55,417 nt of DNA from Actinomycetes bacterium (GTDB lineage: Bacteria > Actinomycetota > Actinomycetes > S36-B12 > UBA5976). This document shows positions 1-8,331 of this stretch, piece by piece. The notes under the pieces were generated by a model. It saw only the letters and a program-made list of their open reading frames with translations. It did no database searches and was not told the origin of the DNA. Each line of letters begins with the position of its first letter. Positions within the stretch are counted from its first letter, which is position 1. The stretch lies in the NCBI GenBank assembly GCA_037137575.1, contig JBAXKB010000006.1, forward strand, positions 1-55,417, read 5' to 3'. Made by a program: the position numbers and the translations under genes.

Positions 1-104
1 GCATTAGCTGCAGTAGAACCTGCAACTGTCATACCTGCTGTCGCGAGTGCGACAAACATAATTGGCGCGATGATTTTACGCATCGCACTCCAAGTTTCTT
101 TCAT
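1..104 (-). CDS. N-terminus of a secreted protein (truncated by the window edge)
   Basis: The minus strand reads MKETWSAMRKIIAPIMFVALATAGMTVAGSTAAN..., a signal peptide. RBS GGAAGGA lies upstream of the ATG at 104. An alternative ATG at 83 is preceded by GGAG. Confidence 0.7.
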   Translation of the reverse strand, partial: MKETWSAMRKIIAPIMFVALATAGMTVAGSTAAN

Positions 105-336
105 AAGAAAGGTTCCTTCCAATAAGGGTTAATTGAAAGTGATTTGAAAGTAACTAAAGCGCACTCAGTTTGATGAATACCTCTTTGGATACATCAAATC
201 ACTTGGAGTGCGCACACACATCCTTTATGAATAGTAGGCACTAAATGGGGGTGTGCGCAATAGAAAGTAACAAAAATATAACAAAAAACTGATTTATTTT
301 TTTTACGGCTTTTTCCTGCAAATAAAGGGAAAAGCC

Positions 337-374
337 AACGGGTGACCGGTAGTTTTCACTACCAGCCACCCGTT
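337..374 (-). terminator. Probable intrinsic terminator downstream of the large secreted-protein gene
   Basis: Hairpin AACGGGTG..GGTAG / CTACC..CACCCGTT, followed on the minus strand by GGCTTTTCCCTTTATTT. Confidence 0.65.
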
Positions 375-396
375 TAGGTCTAAATTGGGCTTTTTC

Positions 397-2193
397 TTAT
401 GGAGCAACGTAACTTTGCGAGAACGAATAGCTCCATTTACCAACCTTGACGGTCCAAGTTGTTAGGCCCGGATTAGTAGCCATGAACACTAAGTCTTGGT
501 AGTAGGTGAAGCCAAAAGTATTCACTGATTTGAAATTCGCCCGACTATTGAAATCAGTGAATCCAGCATTCTTCTGATCTGCTGTGGCAAGCGCTGAGAG
601 TCCGCCATTGTCGGCAGTGATTTTCACTTCAGGCGCCCAAATAAACTGACGCTTCAAATTCTTCAAAGCAGTTATGTTGAAAGCCGCAATAATCGTGTCA
701 TTAAGTGAACTGTCTGACGGATCTAATGTCATGTCAGGATTCATCTTGCCGCCGGTGCTGTAGTTTCCTTTACCGTCCGTGACATTTGGTCCACGGAATG
801 AAATTGGGAACACTGCATCGCCCAATGGACAACGAATGGTATTCAAAGTATTCGGGCAACCGCCATTGATGGTGATGTCTGCTGCAAGCTGGAACCACAT
901 TTGATCTACCACTTCATCGATTTCATTTGAAGTTACATAAGCCACGAAACCTACAACGCCAACAGTCTTCTTGTGCGGTGGATCTGGGTTCACATCAACG
1001 TGTGAATTAATTTCAGCAGCCTTGTTCTTATTTACGGCTGAGAAGGTTGCGTATCCTTGGGCGTCTGTTTTAACAGTACTTGGGTACTTGCCCCACTTAG
1101 CTGAGGTTCCCTTTAACGAGATCGCCAATGGCAATTTTGCAATCGGGGTTCCCCAAACATCGCGAACAAAGAATTTAAGTGCAACCGTGGAACCTGGCGC
1201 ATAAGTCTTTGCATATGCCTGGGCGTAATCGTAGGTCTGACTACCTTGGAACCAGGCACGGTTTGCCACCGACCAGTCGAAAGTCTGATCACGGAAATCT
1301 ATGCCGGCACAAAGGTTAATTGTCGGCTGGTTTAGCACGCACTGACGGCCCGTTGGGGTACCAACAAGTTTGATTACCGGACGCCATCCAGCTTTCTGCC
1401 AAGTAATAACCTGCGGACCAACCGCAACTGTGGTGCGAACCAAAACGGGATTAGCGGTCTGAGTGATGTTGAAATTGACAGCTGGAGTGTCATTCCAGCT
1501 TGTACCACCATCAGTTGAGTATTGGTAAACGGTGTTGGCAGGAGCGCCAACGACCCGCGTATAAGCAACATTGGTGACCATCTTTGTGGTCAGTGGCTTC
1601 TTTTTTACAACTACCGACTTGTCGGAAACCCTAGGGGTAACAGTTCCGGTCTGGGTCAAAATGCTCACAACAACGCTATCGAATTCTGCTGCTGCACCTT
1701 TCAAGGTAACAGTAGCTTCGGCATTACCGTCGTTATCGGTAGTAGCAGGCACAAGGTCAAGGTAAGTAGGGCTGCCAGCAACGTCTTTCAAAACTGGGGT
1801 AGGCACTGACGAAACACCTGGCACTGCCACGGTGTAGGTCATTGCATCGCCATCAGCGTTGTATCCCTGGAACACAAATGTGATCCGCTTGTTTGCTTGT
1901 TCCGCACCACCGGTGTAAGTGCTGGTGAATGAATTGCGGTCTGTGCGCACCCAAGCAAGATTGTGCTGCGTCTCAGAGTTGAAATCAATTTTGTCTGGGG
2001 CAAAAAGATCAGTTGCCTTTTCTTTTGTCCATTCGCGGTGCCAGTTTTCGAACACACCAACTTCAGACTTCACATGAAGATTGCTCCACTTCAAGCCGGT
2101 GGCCCACTGTGGGTCTGCTTTGGCGGGAACAGTCAAAGATGCCAAGGCGATCGCAATGATCGCACTTAAGGCTGCAAAAAACTTTTTATTCAT
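397..2193 (-). CDS. Large secreted/surface protein of unknown function with probable Ig-like (Big_1/invasin-like) beta domains
   Basis: Likely start MNKKFFAALSAIIAIALASLTVPAKA (signal peptide with AxA site). Thr/Val/Ala-rich. Big_1-like segments TTDNDGNAEATVTL and KTDAQGYATFS, and a YSTDGGTSW motif. Confidence 0.75.
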   Translation of the reverse strand: MNKKFFAALSAIIAIALASLTVPAKADPQWATGLKWSNLHVKSEVGVFENWHREWTKEKATDLFAPDKIDFNSETQHNLAWVRTDRNSFTSTYTGGAEQANKRITFVFQGYNADGDAMTYTVAVPGVSSVPTPVLKDVAGSPTYLDLVPATTDNDGNAEATVTLKGAAAEFDSVVVSILTQTGTVTPRVSDKSVVVKKKPLTTKMVTNVAYTRVVGAPANTVYQYSTDGGTSWNDTPAVNFNITQTANPVLVRTTVAVGPQVITWQKAGWRPVIKLVGTPTGRQCVLNQPTINLCAGIDFRDQTFDWSVANRAWFQGSQTYDYAQAYAKTYAPGSTVALKFFVRDVWGTPIAKLPLAISLKGTSAKWGKYPSTVKTDAQGYATFSAVNKNKAAEINSHVDVNPDPPHKKTVGVVGFVAYVTSNEIDEVVDQMWFQLAADITINGGCPNTLNTIRCPLGDAVFPISFRGPNVTDGKGNYSTGGKMNPDMTLDPSDSSLNDTIIAAFNITALKNLKRQFIWAPEVKITADNGGLSALATADQKNAGFTDFNSRANFKSVNTFGFTYYQDLVFMATNPGLTTWTVKVGKWSYSFSQSYVAP

Positions 2194-2365
2194 GGCCTGC
2201 GCACATGTCCTCTCAGGTTGCAACACAATCATTAACGACTGCATTAACAATCGCGCGCACACACGATTACTTACAGCATAACTCGGCTGAGTCATACTTA
2301 GCCTGCCCAAAAAAAGTCTTGGACAAACCTTTGAAATGCTGATTAAACATCTCAAAAAATGGAGT

Positions 2366-3370
2366 TTAGGTGGACTCTCGAATCACAAGTGATGTTTCGA
2401 GCAGTCTGGGCTTTGGCTCTTCGCCGTTTAGTTGCGCAATCATTAGCTCAGCAGCAGCAGAACCTAAGCCCACAATGTCTTGGTGCACAGTAGTTAGTGG
2501 CGGACGCGAAGTTTGCGCGACGATTGTGTCATCAAATCCAACTAGCGCGATATCGCCGGGCACAGTCAAACCACGATCTTGAATTGCTGCCATCGCGCCA
2601 ATTGCCATCAAGTCGTTTGCCGCAAATACTGCATCGATTTTTTCATTCTTATCAAGCAACTGATTCATTGCAGCAAAACCACTGTCGTGGGTGTAGTTAC
2701 CATGCGCGATCATTGATGGCGGAACTTCCCGGCCAAGGTTCATGTGCACCTGCAAGAAACCGGCTAACCGCTGTGCGCCCGCACTTGCGGCTACTTCCCC
2801 AGTGATAGTTGCAATGTTCTTTCGGCCACAATCAATTAGGTGCTGAGTCGCTTGCTTTGCTCCACCAACATTGTCAGTATCTGCATGCAAGAACTGAAGG
2901 TAGATGTCTGGCGTGCCGGCCATCACAACTGGCAAACCCTCTTGTGCAAGTTGGAAAACGATTTCCTCATCGTGCACCTGGAAGAAAATTGCGCCGTCAA
3001 CTGCGCCGCTATCTAGGTAGTTCGAAAGGTTGCCTTCGGAATTGTTGCTAGCGCCAACAAGAAGAAGCGTTTGCATATTGTTTTCCATCAGCACTCGGCT
3101 AACACCTGAAGTAACAGTGGCCCAGAATGGATCAGCAAAAATTGATAAATCGTCATCGATAATTACAGCGATCAGACCTGTTCGCCCGGTAGCCAATGCA
3201 CTGGCAGCGCGATTCTTCTTGTAACCCAGTTTGGCAACTGTTTCATGGACACGTCGAGCACGTTCTGGATCAACGCGAACGTCACCATTTAAAACGCGAG
3301 AAACCGTAGCTTCACTAACCCCGGCTTCACGAGCAATTTGGGTGTAAGTGAGTTTGCCTTGGCTTTTCAT
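2366..3370 (-). CDS. LacI-family transcriptional regulator
   Basis: N-terminal HTH IAREAGVSEATVSRVLN and a sugar-binding domain (FAANDLMAIGA, VGFDD, PPLTTV). Confidence 0.95.
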   Translation of the reverse strand: MKSQGKLTYTQIAREAGVSEATVSRVLNGDVRVDPERARRVHETVAKLGYKKNRAASALATGRTGLIAVIIDDDLSIFADPFWATVTSGVSRVLMENNMQTLLLVGASNNSEGNLSNYLDSGAVDGAIFFQVHDEEIVFQLAQEGLPVVMAGTPDIYLQFLHADTDNVGGAKQATQHLIDCGRKNIATITGEVAASAGAQRLAGFLQVHMNLGREVPPSMIAHGNYTHDSGFAAMNQLLDKNEKIDAVFAANDLMAIGAMAAIQDRGLTVPGDIALVGFDDTIVAQTSRPPLTTVHQDIVGLGSAAAELMIAQLNGEEPKPRLLETSLVIREST

Positions 3371-3377
3371 ATTCTCA

Positions 3378-4772
3378 TTATTTCGCAGAAATCAGAGCCT
3401 GATTACCATGGGCACGCTGCTTGGAAATCACATCTTGGTAGAACCTTGCACTGTTTTTTGGCGTGCGCGCCAAAGTCTCAAAATCGACGTGAACTAGACC
3501 AAAACGTTTCGCATACCCTTCTGCCCACTCAAAATTATCCATAAGTGACCAAGCGAAATATGACTTAACTGGCACGCCATCTGCAATTGCCTCGGAAAGC
3601 GCAGTCAGGTGCGACTCAAGATAGGTAGCACGACGCTCATCTAAGACGATTCCCTCTTCATCTGGAACTTCCGGGAAAGCTGCGCCGTTTTCGGTAATTG
3701 AAATGTTGGTAACCATCGGCCAATCGCGATTAATGCGGACCATCAAATCGTAAAAACCATTTGGGGTAATTGGCCAGCCCATGTCGGTGTGCGGCAAAGG
3801 CGCTGATCCATCGAATGCCTGCGGGAATGGCGTAGGGCTTGGGCAAGTGGAAGGCGGTGCATCTGCAAGAGGGGGATTGATGTAATTGTCTGCGTAATAG
3901 TTAACGCCAATGAAATCTGGATTGCAAACAATTAGTGCTTCATCACCTGGTTGGAAAACTGCAGTGAAGTGATCACCAAATGACGCTACAACTTCTGTGG
4001 GGTACTGGCCATAAAACATTGCATCTAGCCACCAGCGGTTAAGTTGACCGTCAAGTAGAACTTCTACATCTTTAAGATCTTGATTTGTTGAATCAGTGAC
4101 TCGGTAAGTGGTCATGTTAAGTGCAATGCCAACGTTGATATTTGGATTAACTTTCTTCATAGCTGAAGATGCCTGAGCGTGCGCAATCGAAGTGTGATGC
4201 GCGGCGGCTACACCTGCTGAAAGTTCTTGTCGACCAGGGGCGTGCACACCAGATAAGTAACCAAGCCAGGTAAATACCCAAGGCTCATTGAGTGTGATCC
4301 AGTTTGATACTCGATCACCAAACGCTTCAACACAAGCCGTCGCATAATCGACGAATACTGGAACAATTTCCCGACTAGCCCAACCGCCCTTATCTTCCAA
4401 AGCTTGCGGCAAGTCCCAGTGATAAAGAGTTACAACTGGCTCAATATTGTTTGCAATCAATTCATTGATTAACTTGTTGTAGAAAGCAAAGCCGCGTTCT
4501 TCGCGAACACCATCGCCATTAGGGAATAGGCGGGTCCACGCGATTGAGAACCGGTAACTTGTAACGCCGAGCTCTTTCATGATTGCGATATCCTGCGGGA
4601 AGCGATGGTAATGATCGCAAGCGATATCACCATTTTCGCCGTTAGCTACTTTGCCTGGAGTTGCGCAAAAAGTATCCCAAATACTCGGGCCGCGACCATC
4701 AATAGATGTCGCACCTTCGATTTGGTAACTCGAGGTTGCAACGCCCCAGTTAAAGTCAGCAGGAAACTTCAT
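3378..4772 (-). CDS. GH1 beta-glucosidase
   Basis: FPADFNWGVATSSYQIEG, catalytic motifs TLNEP and ITENG, and WSLMDNFEWAEGY. Confidence 0.97.
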   Translation of the reverse strand: MKFPADFNWGVATSSYQIEGATSIDGRGPSIWDTFCATPGKVANGENGDIACDHYHRFPQDIAIMKELGVTSYRFSIAWTRLFPNGDGVREERGFAFYNKLINELIANNIEPVVTLYHWDLPQALEDKGGWASREIVPVFVDYATACVEAFGDRVSNWITLNEPWVFTWLGYLSGVHAPGRQELSAGVAAAHHTSIAHAQASSAMKKVNPNINVGIALNMTTYRVTDSTNQDLKDVEVLLDGQLNRWWLDAMFYGQYPTEVVASFGDHFTAVFQPGDEALIVCNPDFIGVNYYADNYINPPLADAPPSTCPSPTPFPQAFDGSAPLPHTDMGWPITPNGFYDLMVRINRDWPMVTNISITENGAAFPEVPDEEGIVLDERRATYLESHLTALSEAIADGVPVKSYFAWSLMDNFEWAEGYAKRFGLVHVDFETLARTPKNSARFYQDVISKQRAHGNQALISAK

Positions 4773-4774
4773 GA

Positions 4775-5674
4775 TTAACCCTTTACCGCGCCGTCCATGA
4801 CACCAGTTACTAGACGGCGGCCAACGAAAACAAACAAAATCAACAGCGGGAAGGTAGCCATGAATGAACCGGCCATGACGATGTTGTAGTCCATGCCATA
4901 CGCTTTGGTATTTAGCTGATTGAGCGCTACCTGTAAGGTGAAATTATCTGGATTCTGCAGAATAAATAGCGGCATCAAATAGTCATTCCAAGAAGCTAAA
5001 AAGCTGAAAAGCCCAAGTACAAAAGCCGTAGGCAAAATCGCTGGCACGATCATCGTGCGGTAGATCCGCGGAATTGATGCGCCATCAATGCTGGCTGCTT
5101 CTAGTAACTCTTTAGGAACCTGGGCATCGATTGCCTGTCTCATCCAAAATACACCGAAGGCCGAAACCATTGCTGGCACAATCAGAGCCTTCAAACTATC
5201 GCCCCAGTTGAAATTATTGACGAGAATTTTGAATAGCGGAACCAAACCAAGCTGAGACGGAAGCATCAAGGTGCCCACAATCGCAAGCAACAGCCACTTT
5301 TTCCCAAGAAAATTCAGTTTGGCAAGAGCGAAGCCCGCAAGTGATGAGAAAAACACCTGCGCGCAAGCGACAGAAAGACAGACGAGAAGTGTGTTTAGCA
5401 TGTTTCTAGTGAAAGGAACTTGCTTGTATACAGCGGCAACTTCATTCATGAAATTGTGACCAACTACAACACTTGGTGGCGTTTGAGAAATTACATCTGG
5501 GCTACTAGAAGCAACAACGAACATCCAATAGAAAGGGAAAAATGACAGGAAGGCAACTACTACTAAAACAACATAACTAAGTGGCGACATTTTTTTGTAA
5601 GTTGCGCCACGGTTTGAAGTGCGATTTGGCGCTCCCAATGTTTTTAGATCAGCGTCTGATGAAAGAGTTGTCAT
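4775..5674 (-). CDS. Carbohydrate ABC transporter permease (MalG-like)
   Basis: Multiple TM helices and EAA loop ELLEAASIDGAS. Start could be 5674 or 5695. Confidence 0.93.
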   Translation of the reverse strand: MTTLSSDADLKTLGAPNRTSNRGATYKKMSPLSYVVLVVVAFLSFFPFYWMFVVASSSPDVISQTPPSVVVGHNFMNEVAAVYKQVPFTRNMLNTLLVCLSVACAQVFFSSLAGFALAKLNFLGKKWLLLAIVGTLMLPSQLGLVPLFKILVNNFNWGDSLKALIVPAMVSAFGVFWMRQAIDAQVPKELLEAASIDGASIPRIYRTMIVPAILPTAFVLGLFSFLASWNDYLMPLFILQNPDNFTLQVALNQLNTKAYGMDYNIVMAGSFMATFPLLILFVFVGRRLVTGVMDGAVKG

Positions 5675-5678
5675 TATT

Positions 5679-6680
5679 TTAATCCTCGCTTGCAATTCTT
5701 CTAGTAATCAAAAAGTTGAGCGCAGTGATTATAAGAACGATAAAAGTAATTCCGATTCCAATTGCGGATGCATAACCATAATTGAAAAGGTCCTTTGCAT
5801 ACCGATATAGATACAGCGTCACTGTATTGAATTGTCCGGAAGATCCACCAGTGGTTTGGCCGCCACCGAAAGTCAGTGGTTCGGCAAATACTTGTAAGCC
5901 GCCGATAGTGCCCATGATGACCATGAACACGATTGTGTTTCTTAGACCCGGAATGGTTACATGTCGCAATTGTTGCCAGCGATTAGCCCCATCCAATGAC
6001 GCAGATTCATAAAGCGCATTATCAATTGCGTTCATCGAGGCTAAGAATATAAGACTGTTATAACCCACCCAACGCCACGTAATCATCGTCGCGATCGCAA
6101 CATGCGAAGCTAATGTGTTTTCAAGCCAATCAATGTTGCCAATGCCAAGAAATTGTAGACAGTAATTGATCAGGCCATAATCGCGGCCAAAAAGTTGACC
6201 GAATACAACGGCAATTGCTAGCCCTGAAGTGATGTTTGGAACCAACAGAATAGTTTGCCAGACCAGGCGGAACCGTAGTCTTGGATTGCGTAAGATACTG
6301 GCCAGTCCTAAAGCCAGAACCATCTGCGGCACGGTAGAGAAGAACCAAATGCTGAAAGTGTTTCGAGTTGCTTTCCAGAATTCTGGATCATGCCACAAAT
6401 TTCTAAAGTTTTTTAAACCTACAAATACTTCGTTAGCATCGAGTGGATTTTCAAGACTTGTTAAAGAAATATAGACAGAATAAATAATTGGGATGACCCC
6501 AAAAATAAAGAATATGATGAAAAATGGCGAAGTAAATAAATAGCCCCAAGCGGTTTCTCTTGCTTTATTGCCATTCCAAGATTTCGCTGGCTTGCCGCTA
6601 CTAGGCGAGCCGGAAACGCGAGCACCGCGGCGACCCTTAGGACTCGGCGCCGAGTCTGGGGTCATTGTTGTTGCACTCAC
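5679..6680 (-). CDS. Carbohydrate ABC transporter permease (MalF-like)
   Basis: TM helices, FVGLKNF and EAA loop LYESASLDGANRWQ. Confidence 0.93.
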   Translation of the reverse strand: MSATTMTPDSAPSPKGRRGARVSGSPSSGKPAKSWNGNKARETAWGYLFTSPFFIIFFIFGVIPIIYSVYISLTSLENPLDANEVFVGLKNFRNLWHDPEFWKATRNTFSIWFFSTVPQMVLALGLASILRNPRLRFRLVWQTILLVPNITSGLAIAVVFGQLFGRDYGLINYCLQFLGIGNIDWLENTLASHVAIATMITWRWVGYNSLIFLASMNAIDNALYESASLDGANRWQQLRHVTIPGLRNTIVFMVIMGTIGGLQVFAEPLTFGGGQTTGGSSGQFNTVTLYLYRYAKDLFNYGYASAIGIGITFIVLIITALNFLITRRIASED

Positions 6681-6718
6681 GTTTCCAACTCTCTAATTAG
6701 TAAATATTTTTGGAGTAC

Positions 6719-8017
6719 TTAGCGATCCAATGCAGTTTTAATATCCGCAACGGCTTGGTTCCAAGCTTGCGAGGTATTCTGCTTTTTCGCTTCGATCCGG
6801 CCAAGTGCCTGGCCAAATATGGCCATGATTGCTCGTTCTTTTGGTCCTTCGTAAAGAGGCTTCAACTTCAAAGCTCCGGACGCATAAATCTTGCCGATAG
6901 GGGCATTGCGGAAGAACGGATCTTTGTAGTTCTGCACTGCTGAAGATGCGTATAGCGACTTAGCCGAAGGGAACAAACCGTACTCCTTGAACACCGTCAA
7001 CTGTTGCGCAGGAGCTAAGTACCAAGACATGAATTTCCAGGCTTCAGTTTTGTTTGGCGCTGCTTTCGGAATAGACAACTGACTGCCACCGATGTTGCCA
7101 CCGCCGCCAGGAACTTTGGCAACATCCCATAAACCTTTGGTCTTAGGGGCGTACTGCTTGATGTAATCAAGCTGCCAAGCTGGTGCAAGCAATGTTGCAA
7201 ACGAACCTTTATTCATGCCTGCATACCAATCGCCACTGTAAGGAGCAATGCGCGAGCCAAGGCCAGCTACAAGGGCCTTGCCTGTTTCATTAAACGCGGC
7301 ACGCACTTGACGGTTCTGATAATCAACTTTACCTACACCCTTGTAAAACTTTTCAGTTCCTTGGTTCAAAATTGCAGTGAAAAGTGTGCCAGAGCTATCG
7401 ATAAAGCAAGACTTGTCTTTCTTCTTATCGACGCAGCGCTTTAGCTTTTTGTTGTAGTTTTTACCAACTTCAATGAACTTGTCCCAAGTTGGCCACAGGC
7501 GACCGACAGCGTCACGCTGAGTCGGCAAGCCAGCTTTCTTAAACAGATCAACTCGGTATGCAACTTCAAGGCCGCCGACATCAGTAGGTAGGCCGATTAC
7601 TTCGCCACCTTTTCCTGTGCCCTGCGCCCAGCGCCAAGCTACGTAGTCCTTCTTAATGTTGTTTGCGTTGTAAGGAGCTTTACGTAAATCCACGAAGTAC
7701 TGCGGATAGTCGCGGAATAAGCCTGACCACGAAGTTTCGATCGCTGCGATGTCTGGGGTCTTGTGTGCCTGAAACGCAACGATAAGTGCCTGAGCTAGTT
7801 GATCAGGTCCACCCTTATTGACAGCAACAATTTTTACATTCGGATGCATTTTTTCATAGCGCGTCTTCATATTTGGTTCGATGACATTGCCAAAGGTCCA
7901 GATGTTGAGTGTTACTTTGGCAGCGGCTTTCGCAGGTGCGGCAACTAGGCCACCAACTAATAGTGCGAGGGCTGCTAATAAAAATGTGAATTTTGCAACG
8001 AAGTTACGATGCGCCAT
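6719..8017 (-). CDS. Carbohydrate ABC transporter substrate-binding protein (CebE/BglE-like)
   Basis: TPDIAAIE, GLPTDVGGLEVAYRVDLFKKAGLPT, GGGNIGGSQLSIP. Signal peptide has no lipobox Cys. RBS AGGAG. Confidence 0.92.
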   Translation of the reverse strand: MAHRNFVAKFTFLLAALALLVGGLVAAPAKAAAKVTLNIWTFGNVIEPNMKTRYEKMHPNVKIVAVNKGGPDQLAQALIVAFQAHKTPDIAAIETSWSGLFRDYPQYFVDLRKAPYNANNIKKDYVAWRWAQGTGKGGEVIGLPTDVGGLEVAYRVDLFKKAGLPTQRDAVGRLWPTWDKFIEVGKNYNKKLKRCVDKKKDKSCFIDSSGTLFTAILNQGTEKFYKGVGKVDYQNRQVRAAFNETGKALVAGLGSRIAPYSGDWYAGMNKGSFATLLAPAWQLDYIKQYAPKTKGLWDVAKVPGGGGNIGGSQLSIPKAAPNKTEAWKFMSWYLAPAQQLTVFKEYGLFPSAKSLYASSAVQNYKDPFFRNAPIGKIYASGALKLKPLYEGPKERAIMAIFGQALGRIEAKKQNTSQAWNQAVADIKTALDR

Positions 8018-8110
8018 GTTATGCTCCTAAAAGTCTCAATAGAGCTCCCGGCCAAACGCTGTGCGACGGTCAGCCGAGAGCCCCACAACCTACCTCGTAG
8101 GTTTGAGTTC

Positions 8111-8142
8111 CCGTGAAAGCGGTTACGAAAGCGATTTCACGG
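8111..8142. promoter_or_regulatory. Probable LacI-type operator region
   Basis: CCGTGAAA...TTTCACGG inverted repeat enclosing two GAAAGCG half-sites (TGAAAGCGGTTAC, GAAAGCGATTTCA), directly downstream of the predicted operon promoter. Confidence 0.6.
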
Positions 8143-8149
8143 TATCCTG

Positions 8150-8178
8150 AACCTAACTTGCTTATCCCCGTATTGCAA
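8150..8178 (-). promoter_or_regulatory. Predicted sigma-A promoter of the sugar ABC/GH1/LacI operon
   Basis: Minus strand TTGCAA-N17-TAGGTT. Confidence 0.55.
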
Positions 8179-8331
8179 CCAAATTAACGTTTCATAACGA
8201 AATCGTTATAATTCATTTGTGTTGAGTCCTAGATGGTTGGGGCATAACAAAATCACGGCCGAAATGACTCTGATTGTGCGATTAGTCGACTCGATGCTTA
8301 TGCTTGCTTTTCAACGAAAGGTTTCTACTCA

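Noticed and set aside
2194-2355. N-terminal extension of the 652-aa ORF
   Set aside because: It has no protein-like character. The signal peptide starts at the ATG at 2193 and the region looks regulatory.
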